The translations under genes and the position numbers were made by a program. A stretch of 64,000 nucleotides of DNA. It comes from Roseibacillus sp. (GTDB lineage Bacteria; Verrucomicrobiota; Verrucomicrobiia; Verrucomicrobiales; Akkermansiaceae). This document shows positions 37,265 through 47,918 of the stretch, piece after piece. Under the pieces are notes generated by a model. That model worked only from the letters and a program-made list of their open reading frames with translations, made no database searches and had not been told where the DNA came from. The stretch's first letter is position 1. Each line of letters opens with the position of its first letter. The stretch covers positions 581,848 through 645,847 of the forward strand of contig CBDEUM010000014.1 in assembly GCA_965242925.1 (NCBI GenBank), written 5' to 3'.

Positions 37265-38365
37265 TTACCCTCCCACTTCCTCGGGGTCGTATAGCTCGGC
37301 GAAGACCATCTGTCCCGCTGCGGTCTGCAGGGTTGAAATCACCAGCACATCCTGCGTCGTCCCGATTTTGGGCGCGCCATGGTTTACAACGATCATGGTT
37401 CCATCCGGAAGATAGCCAACCGCCTGGTTCTCGTCTTTCCCCGTTCGCACCAGAGCCAGATGAATCTTTTCCCCCACCACCACCGCCGGCTTCAGGGCAT
37501 CTCCCAGATCAGCGATGTTGAGCACTTCGGCACTCTGCAGGCGGGCCACCTTGGTCAGGTTCTCATCGGTGGTCAGAAGGCGTGCCCCGAGGACGCGGGC
37601 GGTTCGGATGAGTCGCGCCCCCATCTCTTCGGCCTGCAATCCTTCCCCTGACTCGTGCACCGAAATTTGAATGTTCCGGTCATTCTGCATCTCTTCCAGA
37701 GAATCGATCCCCCGTTGCCCTCGCTGGCGTTTGCCGGGGGAGGGGGAACTGGAATACACCTTCAGCTCATCCAGGATGAAGCGGGGCACAATCAAGCGCC
37801 CGTTCAGGAACCCTGAGGCCAGAATCCGCGGGACCCTTCCGTCCATGATGACGCCTGCGTCAAGGAGCAGCGGCTGCCCCGAGGCGACGTCCTGCCGGAA
37901 ACGGACATAGGGAATGATGAAGGCAAAGTCATCCCGGCCACTCCGCATGGCCAGCACGGCCCCCAGAAAAGCCAGGCTGGCAAAAAGGAAGACGTTCACG
38001 CCGAAGTTGAGTGAATGGGCGAAATCAAGGGCGAGAGCCTCCTGATGGGGATTCAGCCCCAGCAGGATGCCCTCCACCGCTTCCTGATAGTTCAGCTTGG
38101 TGATGAGCCAGGCGCAGAAGAGGCCCACCAGGATTCCAAAGGAGGTGTTGGTGAGTCCCCGCAAGGTGAAGTTGCGGATGCAGGTCTCGCAGAAAAGGAT
38201 CATGCCGGCCACCGCCAGTCCGCCCAGAACACCCAGGGAAAGCGGAATTTCGAAGTCTCCCATCCCCCGGGTGCTCAGCGACACCCCGATCCCGGCCAGT
38301 TCGCAGACCAGCAGGTAGGTGATGCGCGCGACGTTGATCGATGTTGGCGCTAGGAAATTCCTCAC
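37265..38365 (-). CDS. PIN/TRAM domain membrane protein (YacL-like)
   Basis: TM N-terminus, LLDAGVIMDGR, RGQRG, GYLPDGTMIVV, QTAAGQMVFA. Confidence 0.9.
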   Translation of the reverse strand: MRNFLAPTSINVARITYLLVCELAGIGVSLSTRGMGDFEIPLSLGVLGGLAVAGMILFCETCIRNFTLRGLTNTSFGILVGLFCAWLITKLNYQEAVEGILLGLNPHQEALALDFAHSLNFGVNVFLFASLAFLGAVLAMRSGRDDFAFIIPYVRFRQDVASGQPLLLDAGVIMDGRVPRILASGFLNGRLIVPRFILDELKVYSSSPSPGKRQRGQRGIDSLEEMQNDRNIQISVHESGEGLQAEEMGARLIRTARVLGARLLTTDENLTKVARLQSAEVLNIADLGDALKPAVVVGEKIHLALVRTGKDENQAVGYLPDGTMIVVNHGAPKIGTTQDVLVISTLQTAAGQMVFAELYDPEEVGG

Positions 38366-38447
38366 GGCTACTGTTAGATTCGGGGAATCTCCTCAGAGGG
38401 GCAAGCTAAACCAGCGGACGCGCAAGTCCCCTGCCCGCGGCCCCGGG

Positions 38448-39875
38448 TCAGGACCCGCTCTTCGGCCACTCATACTTGGCCGGGCCATCTCCTCCGCCTC
38501 CGATGCGATCCCCGATGTCCTTGGTGGTAATGAAGAAGAAGAGCCCGAGGAGAAGGAAGAAAAAAGCGAACTGGACCACCTCCAGAAGACGGGCCTGGAT
38601 CGGCCGCCCTACCAGGAACTCCCCGATGGCAAGGACGATGTGTCCCCCGTCCAGGATGGGCAGGGGCAGCATGTTGAGGATGGCAAGGTTGACATTGAAG
38701 AGGACCATGAAAAAGAGGAGCCGCCGCCAGCCATCCTCAATGCTCAGCAGGTCGAACATGACCCCGCCAATCCCCACCGGGCCGGAAAGGTGCTGGATTC
38801 CCACGTCCGACTTGGGAGAGGCTATCTTGGCCAGAGTCACCCACATCATGCGCACGCTGTCACCGACCTGCTCCAGCGGGCCAGGATTGTAAATGGTGTT
38901 GGTGAACTCATCCCCGGTCTCAAAGCCCACCCCGATCATGGCCTTGGCCTTTTCCACATTTGTCGGTTTCCGGGGGGTAATCCCTATCTCCTTTTCCTTG
39001 CCGTTGCGCAGGACCGCAAGTTGAAGCTCCTTGTTTTCGGAGTTGCTCACGATTTCGCTGAAACGCTGTCGGCTGCGGAGAGCTTCTCCGTTGGCGGAAA
39101 CAATTTCATCTCCTGCCTGCAGCCCTGCCCGGTCAGCGGGCCCGCTCTCCGAAATGAAGTTGATCACAATCCTGTTCTCGACCCAGATTCCCACCGTTCG
39201 CATCCCCTTCCGTTCCCACCATTTCGTATCCGGAATATTGAACTCGGTCGTAACGATCACCTCTTCCCCGCCCCGCTGCACGAGGAACTGGATCTTGTCG
39301 CCCTCGCTCAGCATGATGCTCTCCTTCACGGAATCGAAGGAAGAGGAGCCCAGGAATCCGTTCACCCGCGTCCCGTTCACGGCCAGGATTTCATCGCCCA
39401 CCTGCAGCTTGCCGTGGGCCACCCCGTCCTCCGCCACATAGCCGATCACCGTGCTCTCCACGGTGTCCTTGGGCTTGCCCACACCCATCACGATCAAGGC
39501 CGAAAAAAGGGCCAGAAGAAAACTGAAGAGCGGCCCCGCGAAGGCCACGATGATCTTGTCGAGGGGCTTGACCGGAGGCAAGGGCTCCTCCAGTTCCTCC
39601 ATCTCCTCCGGGTCCCCCGGGTCGCGGTTCTTTCCTTCCACTGCCTCCATGGGCGCCATTTGTGGCAACGCCACAAAGCCCCCGGCCGGCAACCAGCCCA
39701 ACCCGTATTGGACCCCGTTGATTTCCTTCTTCCAGAGGGGCTTTCCGAACCAGATCTGAAAGCGATCTATCCGCAGGCCCCTCCACTTGGCGGCGAGAAA
39801 GTGCCCCAGCTCGTGCACGAAGATGATGACGTTGAACAGCGCCACCACGATAAGGATGTTGAGCAAGACAATCAT
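38448..39875 (-). CDS. rseP: RIP (site-2) metalloprotease with PDZ domains
   Basis: HELGH, AGPLFS, PDZ segments, NMLPLPILDGG. Confidence 0.93.
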   Translation of the reverse strand: MIVLLNILIVVALFNVIIFVHELGHFLAAKWRGLRIDRFQIWFGKPLWKKEINGVQYGLGWLPAGGFVALPQMAPMEAVEGKNRDPGDPEEMEELEEPLPPVKPLDKIIVAFAGPLFSFLLALFSALIVMGVGKPKDTVESTVIGYVAEDGVAHGKLQVGDEILAVNGTRVNGFLGSSSFDSVKESIMLSEGDKIQFLVQRGGEEVIVTTEFNIPDTKWWERKGMRTVGIWVENRIVINFISESGPADRAGLQAGDEIVSANGEALRSRQRFSEIVSNSENKELQLAVLRNGKEKEIGITPRKPTNVEKAKAMIGVGFETGDEFTNTIYNPGPLEQVGDSVRMMWVTLAKIASPKSDVGIQHLSGPVGIGGVMFDLLSIEDGWRRLLFFMVLFNVNLAILNMLPLPILDGGHIVLAIGEFLVGRPIQARLLEVVQFAFFFLLLGLFFFITTKDIGDRIGGGGDGPAKYEWPKSGS

Positions 39876-40095
39876 GGGTGGGTAAGGGCGGGGAAGGTAG
39901 CGCCGGCCCACTGGCAGGCAAGGCCTTATCTGCCACCTTTCCCGGCCCCGGGAGTCCTGCACAAAAAGCCGATGTAGGCCTCAGCGCGGCGAAATCCTGC
40001 CACAAAGGCTACTGTTTAAGAAGCATTAACGAGCCTTCCCGACTCAGACCCATCCGGCCTCCCCAAGTCCCCCCGATTGGCCGCCTTTTCGCCCC

Positions 40096-40557
40096 CTAGG
40101 CCGTAGCCCCCCGGGTTTCCTCGGCATCCTTCCGCACCCGCCGGAGAAGGGTGGTCAGGACGCTGCGTTCACGTTCCGACCACTTGCGAAAAACCTCCTC
40201 CAGCACTTCCCCCCGCAGTTGCAGAAAATTCTCCACGATTTTCTCCGCCTCGGATGTCACTGAGACCCAGACCACTCGCTTGTCTTCCAGGTCTCTCCTG
40301 GTCTCCACCAGGTCACGCCGGTGAAGGCGCTGCACTGCGGAGGTCATCGACCCGCTGGTGAGTCCCACCTGCCGGGCCAGCCCATTGACCGGACAGGCTC
40401 CCTTTCGCGCCAAACGCTCAAGGATGGAAAGATCACTCTCACACAGCCCCTTGGGCAGCAGGGTGCGGTCAATCTCGCTGAGCTCCTGCTCGGCGCGGAC
40501 TATAGTCCTTCGCAAGCGAAACATTTCACGCCAGTCCTTTTCCTTTAGCAGCGCCAT
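40096..40557 (-). CDS. MarR family transcriptional regulator
   Basis: LARQVGLTSGSMTSAVQRL, DLEDKRVVWV. Confidence 0.9.
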   Translation of the reverse strand: MALLKEKDWREMFRLRRTIVRAEQELSEIDRTLLPKGLCESDLSILERLARKGACPVNGLARQVGLTSGSMTSAVQRLHRRDLVETRRDLEDKRVVWVSVTSEAEKIVENFLQLRGEVLEEVFRKWSERERSVLTTLLRRVRKDAEETRGATA

Positions 40558-40587
40558 TGCAGGTGCCCTTGCGTGGACGTCGGATTC

Positions 40588-40974
40588 CTAGAACCAGCCT
40601 TTGCGTCCCTCGACGTAGGTGGCAACAAACTCCTCGTCGGACTTGGTGAGGTAAATAATCCCCTCTATTAACCCGACAAGGCTGCCGATCCCGCAGGTCA
40701 CCAGGGTGATCACGATCTGGATAATGCCTTCTTTGGTATATCCCAAGATAAACTTATGGACCCCAAAACCCCCGAGGATAATACCAAGGACGCCTGCTAG
40801 CACTTTCTTGTCGGCGCCCGGGAGTTGTCCGCTGGCGGGCGCGGCGGCCATGGCCGGGGGTGCCTCTGGCGGTGGGGGCGGAGTATCCTCGGATGGGGTG
40901 CTCACGGCCGGAGTATCTTCTGATGGGGCTCCCTCGGGCGGAGTATCTTGTGGTGATGGCGTTTCCTCTGACAT
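40588..40974 (-). CDS. TM2 domain protein
   Basis: KKVLAGVLGIILGGFGVHKFILGY, IEGIIYLTKSDEEF; Pro-rich N-terminus. Confidence 0.9.
   Translation of the reverse strand: MSEETPSPQDTPPEGAPSEDTPAVSTPSEDTPPPPPEAPPAMAAAPASGQLPGADKKVLAGVLGIILGGFGVHKFILGYTKEGIIQIVITLVTCGIGSLVGLIEGIIYLTKSDEEFVATYVEGRKGWF
40879..40960. repeat. 30-bp-period tandem repeat, about 3 copies, coding
   Basis: CGGAGTATC at 40879, 40909 and 40939; encodes the (S)EDTP/QDTP repeats of the TM2 protein. Confidence 0.7.
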
Positions 40975-41164
40975 GGGGGCTCAAGATATCTTCAGACTCG
41001 AAACCCTGACAAGCTTAGAGGAGCAGAAAATCGCGGCATGATGGTATATTAAGGTGAACCTGCCATGTTTGCAGGAAGTCGCCCGGCGCAAACTACTGTG
41101 GACAACCTGCCTCGACTTTTGGATCGAATTCCGCGCCTCCATCGCGACACTGCGGCCCTTCGCC

Positions 41165-41896
41165 GTGAAGCCCACCCACACCCTTGCCGAAACAAGCACA
41201 CCTGACGGTGTTCCCCTCGCCCTGGTGGAACATGACGGTGAATTCTATCTGCAGGCGGCCGGGACCCCGCTGCAAAGCACCTTTGCCCATAACGGGGCCG
41301 CGGAATTGGGCCGCCTTGCTGCCCAGCCGTTCCGCGGGGCGCGCCAGCCTCGTCTCCTCCTGGCCGGTCTGGGATTGGGTTACACCCTGGCCGCCCTCCG
41401 CGAAGCCCTGCCGCAGAAACGGGCGGTATTTCAGGTGGCAGAACCGATTCCGGACCTTCCCGGCTGGCACCGCCAGCACCTCACCACGATCCATCCCGGA
41501 CAACTCGATGATCCCCGCCTGATCGTCCACAGGGAGGGTCTTCCAGGAGCGTTGCGCAAGGCAGAAGAAGGATTTCAGATCATGATTATTGATGCCGAGG
41601 GCTCCTTGCCGCAGGCGGGGGTGACCGATCGCAGGGGAGTTCCCCACTCCTCCTTCTTGCACCGTGCGCATTCTTCGCTAAAGGAGGGGGGCCTTCTGGC
41701 CATCTCCTGCCAAGCCAACCTGCACTCTTTTGAGCGGAAGCTGCAGCAGGCCGGTTTCGATGTGGCTCACGAATTGGTGCCCACTTCGCAAAAAGGGAAG
41801 CAAAAGCAATGTTCTACCATCTGGCTGGCCCGCAAGGGCGCCTACCAAAAACGCCGCTCCTCTTCCGGAGCTCCAAAGAAAACGTCCAACTCATGA
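41165..41896 (+). CDS. Spermidine-synthase-like SAM-binding protein
   Basis: TPDG..L.L, LLAGLGLGYTL, LKEGGLLAI; start taken at GTG 41165. Confidence 0.7.
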   Translation: MKPTHTLAETSTPDGVPLALVEHDGEFYLQAAGTPLQSTFAHNGAAELGRLAAQPFRGARQPRLLLAGLGLGYTLAALREALPQKRAVFQVAEPIPDLPGWHRQHLTTIHPGQLDDPRLIVHREGLPGALRKAEEGFQIMIIDAEGSLPQAGVTDRRGVPHSSFLHRAHSSLKEGGLLAISCQANLHSFERKLQQAGFDVAHELVPTSQKGKQKQCSTIWLARKGAYQKRRSSSGAPKKTSNS

Positions 41897-43326
41897 AACC
41901 GTCACCACTGTTCCTCACCGCCTTCCTTGCTCTTCCCGCTGCATTCGCGGGGGAATTCAAGGTTGAGAAAAAGCCCTTTAAAGCAACCGTCGCCCTCGAC
42001 GGCGTGTTCCTTCCCAACAAGGTCCATGCCCTGAAGATCGATCCCAAGACCTGGGCCGACTTCACCATCAAGGAACTCGTCGGGCAGGGAGCCCCTGTGA
42101 AAAAGGGAGAACCGGTGGTAGTCCTTGATACCAAGGCCATCGATCGCCAGCTCGCCGATGATACCGACGCCACTAGCTTGCGAAAGATGGCCCTGGCCGC
42201 AGGGGAACTGGACCTCGCCAACCTTGAAAAAACCACTCCCTGGCAATTGGAGACGACCGAGCGGGCCTACGAGCGAGCCAAGGACGACCACGAATATTTC
42301 GTGGAGGTCGGTCGGCCTCTGCAGGAGGAGTCGACCAAGCGCAGCCTCCAGAGTGCCGAGCGCTATCTCGAGTCTGCCACCGAGGAGCTGAACCAACTCC
42401 TCAAGATGTATAAGGAGGATGACCTTACCGAGGAGACCGAAGAGATCATTCTCAAGCGCCAGCGTTATGCGGTCGAATCCGCCGAGTTTCGCCTCAAATC
42501 CGTCAAGCTTTCCACCAAGCGCAGCCTGGAGGTCGCCATTCCCCGTTCGGCCATCGACCAGGAGCAGGCTCTTAAGGACGCAGAGATCCTGTGGAAAACG
42601 GCCCGTGAGAATCTTCCCTCCGCCCTCCAGCAAAAACGTCTTGAGATCAAAAAACTTCAACTGGCGGACAAGCGGGCAGACGAGAAATCCACCGAACTGA
42701 AAGCGGACCGGGCTCAAATGGATCCCCAGGCCTCCGCGGACGGGCGCATCTACCATGGCGAAATTCGCAATGGTCGCTGGAACGCTGCCGCGGCCGCAAA
42801 GTTCATGAAGGTGGGCGGCAAGATCCCTCCCCGTATTATCTTCGCCTCCCTCATTCCGGCCGATGCCCCCATGCAGCTCAGCGCATTCGTGGATGAAACC
42901 GCCATCGCTAAGCTCAAAAAAGGTCAGAAGGGCTACGTCGCCCCTGTTTCTTCTCCTCGCTCCCGCCTCTCGGTAGAGCTTGCCGAGGTCGCCGACCATC
43001 CCGCCGTAGACGGGAAATACCATGTCGTACTCAAGGTTAGCGCGGGGCCCGATGGCCTCCACCTTGTTCCCGGAATGAAGGGCAAGGTCAAGATCACCAC
43101 CGGCGATGAAGGCGATCGTCTAGCCATCCCCGCCAACGCCCTGCATGAGGAGGCGGATGGATCCTACTCGGTCAAAGTAAAGGGGGAGGATGCAAAGGAA
43201 AACAAGGTGGCGGTCGCCGTGGGAACTGAATCCAACGGTAAAATCGTCGTCCTCTCCGGCCTTGAGGAAGGTCAGGTCCTCATCACTCCTGACGCCCCGG
43301 CCCCCAAGCCTGCACCTCAGAAGTAG
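41893..43326 (+). CDS. HlyD/RND-type periplasmic adaptor-like protein
   Basis: Signal peptide, GAPVKKGE lipoyl-like half, long coiled coil, PGM, SGLEEGQ. Confidence 0.8.
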   Translation: MKPSPLFLTAFLALPAAFAGEFKVEKKPFKATVALDGVFLPNKVHALKIDPKTWADFTIKELVGQGAPVKKGEPVVVLDTKAIDRQLADDTDATSLRKMALAAGELDLANLEKTTPWQLETTERAYERAKDDHEYFVEVGRPLQEESTKRSLQSAERYLESATEELNQLLKMYKEDDLTEETEEIILKRQRYAVESAEFRLKSVKLSTKRSLEVAIPRSAIDQEQALKDAEILWKTARENLPSALQQKRLEIKKLQLADKRADEKSTELKADRAQMDPQASADGRIYHGEIRNGRWNAAAAAKFMKVGGKIPPRIIFASLIPADAPMQLSAFVDETAIAKLKKGQKGYVAPVSSPRSRLSVELAEVADHPAVDGKYHVVLKVSAGPDGLHLVPGMKGKVKITTGDEGDRLAIPANALHEEADGSYSVKVKGEDAKENKVAVAVGTESNGKIVVLSGLEEGQVLITPDAPAPKPAPQK

Positions 43327-43334
43327 CAAGACCC

Positions 43335-44543
43335 ATGCGCGCCTTTATGATCCTCCTGGGGGCTCTTGCCCCGGCCGTTGCACTCGGAGAAGAGCCGGAA
43401 CCGAAAGCCGGAGGCCCCGCGGAAAAACCGTGGCGATCCGACCTTCCTCCCCTTCCTGAAATCGAGCCTATCACCAGCGCCCAGATCGATGCCTCCATCC
43501 GGCGCGGAGCAGACTTCTTGATATCAAGTCAAAATAAGAACGGTTCCTGGGGTTCTGCCACCATGACCAAGGGACTGAACATCACGGCCCCGATTCCAGG
43601 GGCGCATCATGCCTTCCGGGCCGGGTCAACCGGGCTTGCCCTGGAAGGGCTTCTTCGCTCGGGTGACCGTCGGCCGGAATCGGTGGCCGCGATCGAAAAG
43701 GCCGAAGCCTGGTTTCTCAAGGAACTGCCCCGCCTCCGGCGGGGCACGGTCGATACCATGTATAATATCTGGGGCCATTCCTACGGAATCAAGGCCCTGG
43801 CGGAGCTCTATCGCTACCGGGAGGGCGATGAGGCCAAGCGGTCCGCCCTCAAGAACCTCGCTCAGACCCAGGTGCAGCGCCTGCAGCGCTATGAGGATGT
43901 TAACGGAGGGTGGGGCTACTACGATTTTGACGAGGCCACCCAGAAGCCAACCGGGATTCCTACCAGTTTTACCACTGCCACCGTCATGATGGCCCTGCAC
44001 AAGGGCCGGGATGTAATGAATCTCGAGCTTCCCCCCAAGGAAGTGAAACGGGGCATCGCTTTTCTGCAACGCCAGCAAACCCCCGACTTTGCCTACGTTT
44101 ATTCCAACGGTCATCGCTACAGACCCCGCTACAGCATCAATCGCCCCGGAGGCTCCCTGTGCCGGTCTCCTGCCTGCAATGTGGCCCGTCGGGTCTGGGG
44201 CGATCCCGGTCCCACAGACGAAATAGTCAAAGTCTGGCTCGACCGGCTCATCCTGCGCAATGGCTGGGTCGACATTGCCCGCAAACGACCCCGTCCCCAC
44301 TCAACCCACTTCGCCAATTCCGGCTACTTTTACTTCTATGGGCACTATTATGCCATGGACTGCGTCGCCCTGCTGCCACAAACCGACAGGTCTGTTTATT
44401 ATCAACATTATGCGAAGATCATGCTTTCCAAGCAAGAGAAGAATGGTTGCTGGTGGGATTATCCTCTCTACCAGTATCACTATGCCTACGGAACCGGTTA
44501 TGCGTTATGCGTTCTTTCGGAGTGCCGCAAGGGAGCTAAATGA
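43335..44543 (+). CDS. Prenyltransferase/squalene-cyclase (QW) repeat protein, exported
   Basis: SQNKNGSW, NGGWGY, KQEKNGCWW repeats. Confidence 0.75.
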   Translation: MRAFMILLGALAPAVALGEEPEPKAGGPAEKPWRSDLPPLPEIEPITSAQIDASIRRGADFLISSQNKNGSWGSATMTKGLNITAPIPGAHHAFRAGSTGLALEGLLRSGDRRPESVAAIEKAEAWFLKELPRLRRGTVDTMYNIWGHSYGIKALAELYRYREGDEAKRSALKNLAQTQVQRLQRYEDVNGGWGYYDFDEATQKPTGIPTSFTTATVMMALHKGRDVMNLELPPKEVKRGIAFLQRQQTPDFAYVYSNGHRYRPRYSINRPGGSLCRSPACNVARRVWGDPGPTDEIVKVWLDRLILRNGWVDIARKRPRPHSTHFANSGYFYFYGHYYAMDCVALLPQTDRSVYYQHYAKIMLSKQEKNGCWWDYPLYQYHYAYGTGYALCVLSECRKGAK

Positions 44544-44782
44544 TTTTCTCTGCAACAGGCCCAGGCCTCTCCCCACCATATTAACTTGATATCAAGCAAT
44601 TTGTCCCTCCCGATCCAGGGGAGGCACTCCCAACATCAGCAGTATTGCTCCTTGCCGGCTGGCAGTCGAGTCACCCAAGAAATACCCTGACAGGATAGAT
44701 CCAGCGTGGCTCTGCACCCCTCCTGTTGGGTCCACGTTCGAACCCACACCAGCAGTTCTCGCAAATTCACCCTTACGAGGTG

Positions 44783-44815
44783 GCCCCGCCCGGGAGACCA
44801 GGTGGGGCTTTTCTT
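44783..44815 (+). terminator. Rho-independent terminator-like hairpin
   Basis: GCCCCGCC..GG-GAGA-CC..GGTGGGGC then TTTTCTT; about 240 nt after the preceding stop codon. Confidence 0.7.
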
Positions 44816-44925
44816 GTCTCCCAACCCCAACCCGGGATCAACGCATCATTGACGGTGCGGGACGGGATTTCTATGCTGTCCAGCGACCAATCTGGATGTC
44901 GCCGCCCTCCGTGCGGGCCCGATTC

Positions 44926-47916
44926 ATGACTCCCCACAAATCACATTGTCGCCTTGCGCTGAACGCCGCTTTCGGCGCCTTCGTTCTGGCAGGCGCTCCC
45001 CTCAAGGCGGACATCAACAGTGGGACCCACTGGGCCTTCCAACCGCTTCGGGAGATCGCACCCCCCCGCACAGACTGCCATCCCATCGATGCCTTCATCG
45101 AAAGAAAACTGAGAGAACACGGGCTGCAGCTCTCCCCGCCAACTGATCGCCGTACTCTCATCCGACGCCTCTTCTTCGACCTGCACGGGCTCCCGCCCAC
45201 GCCTGAGCGCGTCGCAACATTTCGGGAAGAAAGCACAGATCGCTCGGTTGCAGCCCTTATCGACGAGCTCCTCGCCAGTCCACGCTACGGCGAGCGCTGG
45301 GCCCAACACTGGCTCGACCTCGTGCGCTACGCCGACACGCACGGCTTCGAAGTCAATACCGAGCGACCCAATGCCTGGCCCTACCGCGACTACGTCATCC
45401 GCGCCTTCAATGAGGATCGTCCGTACCCACAGTTCATCCTCGAGCAACTGGCCGGCGACGCGGTGACGGAAGACGCTGCGACCGGCTTCCTGGTGGCCTC
45501 CGCTGTTCTCCTTCCGGGACAGATCGGGAAGGACGAGGAGTCGGTGCGCCTCGCCCGGCAGGATTCCCTCGACGAGATCATCGTGGCGACCGGCGACACC
45601 TTCCTCGGTCTCAGCATCGGATGTGCGCGATGTCACGATCACAAGTTCGATCCCATCACGGCCCGCGACTACTACACGATGCAGGCGTTCTTCGCCGGGG
45701 TGGAGTACGGCGAGCGTCCCCTGCGAAACCCCGCCATGGAAGCCAAGGCCAAGGCCACGTCCGCCCGGATTGCGGAAGTTCGCGCCCGGATCGATCGCGC
45801 CTACGCGCCGCCGGTGGTGTCCCGCACCATTTTCATCGACGACGAAGATGCCGAGCGCACCACCCACGTGGTGGGCAAGATCGGCAGCGGGGCCAAGTCG
45901 CCGGGAGCGAATCGCGGTAACAGGGACGACCCCGGCGGGGTGGACCGGCTGCCATTCCTTGGTGGCAACGGCTACTCGTGGTGGTCGAACAAGCCGGGCA
46001 TGGATGTCTTTACCTACAATCCCGGTGCGGCGGGTGAGTTCCGCGTCTGGATCTCGTGGGGAACGCACGGGGGCGGCGTGCACACCCGCGACGCCCGCTA
46101 TGTCCTCGACCTCGATGGCGATCTCGAAACGAAGGACGACCAGGAGGAGATCGCGCAGGCCGACCATTACTACTTCGCCGGAGTCTCGGAAGGAAAAACC
46201 CAGGCCGTGCCACTTTGGAGCGGGTTCCTCGATGCCGGCGTCCACCAGCTTCGCGAGGAGAGCCGCATCATCCTGCGCGGCGGGGAGACCCAAACCGCAA
46301 TCACCGCCGACGCCATTCTCCTCCAGGAGGGAGCTCCGGAGTCGGTGTACCCCGCTTTGCGCGCTCCGGCCAATCCCCTCCTCAATGTCGAGCGGATCAA
46401 ACCGGTGCAGGCCCGCTTCGTGCGCTTCACCGCCCTCGCGACCATCAGCGAGAATGAACACGAACCCTGTCTCGATGAATTCGAGATCTACCGGGCGGGG
46501 TCCGATACTAATGTCGCCCGCACCGGCGTCGCCACTTCATCCGGCAACTACGACGACCAGGTCCGGCATCGTGTTGCGCACATCAACGACGGTGAGTACG
46601 GCAACGAGAAGAGCTGGATCTCCAACGAACCGGGGAAGGGTTGGGTGCAGATCGAGCTCGCGGAAGCGGAGGAGATCGACCGCATCGAATGGTCCCGCGA
46701 CCGCAACGGGAAGTTAACCGACCGCCTCCCGCATCGCTACACGATCGAGGTCGCGCTCCAGCCCGGCCAGTGGACCACGGTGGCGAGCTCAGAGGATCGA
46801 ATTCCCTACGGCCGGCCGTTCGACGAGGTTCACGCCGTCTTGCGCGACCTTCCTGCCGAGGGCGCCGGTCCCCTGCGCGAAGAGGCCCGGCTGCTTGCCG
46901 AATTGGAAGCTGACTTGGTTCGCTTCCAGGCCGTCCAGAACGTCTACGCCGGCAAGTTCCGCGACCCGGACCAGACCCACGTCCTCTACCGGGGGGATCC
47001 GGAGCAAAAGAAAGATGAAGTCCATCCCGCCATCCCCGCCGTCCTCGGCGCGATCGCACTCGATCCGGAAGCCGGGGAACAGGAGCGGCGCCTCGCTCTC
47101 GCGCGCTGGATCGGAAGCGAAGGCAATCCCCTCACCGCCCGCGTGATGGTGAACCGCGTCTGGCAATATCACTTCGGACGCGGGCTGGTCGACACCGCCA
47201 GCGACTTCGGGCTGAACGGAACCAAGCCGACCCATCCCGAGCTCCTCGCCTGGCTGGCGCAACGTTTCATCAGCGACGGTTGGTCGATCAAGAAGCTCCA
47301 TCGCCTGATCCTGAGTTCGCGCACCTACCAACAGTCGAGCGACCTCGACGAGAAGGCCCTCGAGGTTGACGGAGAAACGAGGCTCCTGTGGCGCTTCCCC
47401 CTGCGCAGGTTGGAAGCGGAAGCGATTCGCGACAGCATCTTGGCGATCTCGGGCAACTTGAACCCCACGATGGGGGGACGGGGGTTCAACTTCTTCCGCT
47501 CGCGCGGCGGACTGACCGGGTTCCCGGTGGTGGAGTCGTTTGAAGACGACGGCCACCGCCGCATGATTTACGCGCACAAGATTCGGATGGAACGGGCCCC
47601 GGTCTTCGGGGCGTTCGATTGCCCCGACGCCGGTCAGGCCACCCACCGCCGCAGCCAGGCCATCACCGCCCTGCAGGCCCTCAATCTCTTCAACAGCCAA
47701 TTCGTGATCGATCAGTCCGAGGTCTTTGCGGAGCGCCTCCAGAAGGAATGCGGGACCGACGCGCGCGCGCAGGTGCAACGGGCCTTCCAACTGGCCTACA
47801 GCCGCGCGCCGACCGATCGCGAGCTGGAGTTTTGTGCGGAGGCGGTGACCACGCACGGTCTTCCCGACCTGTGCCGGGCCATCCTCAACAGCAACGAGTT
47901 CGTCTTTATGCCCTGA
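44926..47916 (+). CDS. DUF1549/DUF1553 protein with inserted carbohydrate-binding-like (discoidin F5/8-type) domains
   Basis: [46 protein letters not shown]. Confidence 0.9.
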   Translation: MTPHKSHCRLALNAAFGAFVLAGAPLKADINSGTHWAFQPLREIAPPRTDCHPIDAFIERKLREHGLQLSPPTDRRTLIRRLFFDLHGLPPTPERVATFREESTDRSVAALIDELLASPRYGERWAQHWLDLVRYADTHGFEVNTERPNAWPYRDYVIRAFNEDRPYPQFILEQLAGDAVTEDAATGFLVASAVLLPGQIGKDEESVRLARQDSLDEIIVATGDTFLGLSIGCARCHDHKFDPITARDYYTMQAFFAGVEYGERPLRNPAMEAKAKATSARIAEVRARIDRAYAPPVVSRTIFIDDEDAERTTHVVGKIGSGAKSPGANRGNRDDPGGVDRLPFLGGNGYSWWSNKPGMDVFTYNPGAAGEFRVWISWGTHGGGVHTRDARYVLDLDGDLETKDDQEEIAQADHYYFAGVSEGKTQAVPLWSGFLDAGVHQLREESRIILRGGETQTAITADAILLQEGAPESVYPALRAPANPLLNVERIKPVQARFVRFTALATISENEHEPCLDEFEIYRAGSDTNVARTGVATSSGNYDDQVRHRVAHINDGEYGNEKSWISNEPGKGWVQIELAEAEEIDRIEWSRDRNGKLTDRLPHRYTIEVALQPGQWTTVASSEDRIPYGRPFDEVHAVLRDLPAEGAGPLREEARLLAELEADLVRFQAVQNVYAGKFRDPDQTHVLYRGDPEQKKDEVHPAIPAVLGAIALDPEAGEQERRLALARWIGSEGNPLTARVMVNRVWQYHFGRGLVDTASDFGLNGTKPTHPELLAWLAQRFISDGWSIKKLHRLILSSRTYQQSSDLDEKALEVDGETRLLWRFPLRRLEAEAIRDSILAISGNLNPTMGGRGFNFFRSRGGLTGFPVVESFEDDGHRRMIYAHKIRMERAPVFGAFDCPDAGQATHRRSQAITALQALNLFNSQFVIDQSEVFAERLQKECGTDARAQVQRAFQLAYSRAPTDRELEFCAEAVTTHGLPDLCRAILNSNEFVFMP

Positions 47917-47918
47917 CC

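Noticed and set aside
41097..41105. DnaA box (TGTGGACAA) as an origin signal
   Set aside because: Single imperfect site, no cluster and no skew change nearby.
44728..44751. tRNA-like or tmRNA 3' end (GTTCGAACCC..ACCA)
   Set aside because: No T-stem or acceptor-stem pairing. No tRNA, including selC, was recognised anywhere in the window.
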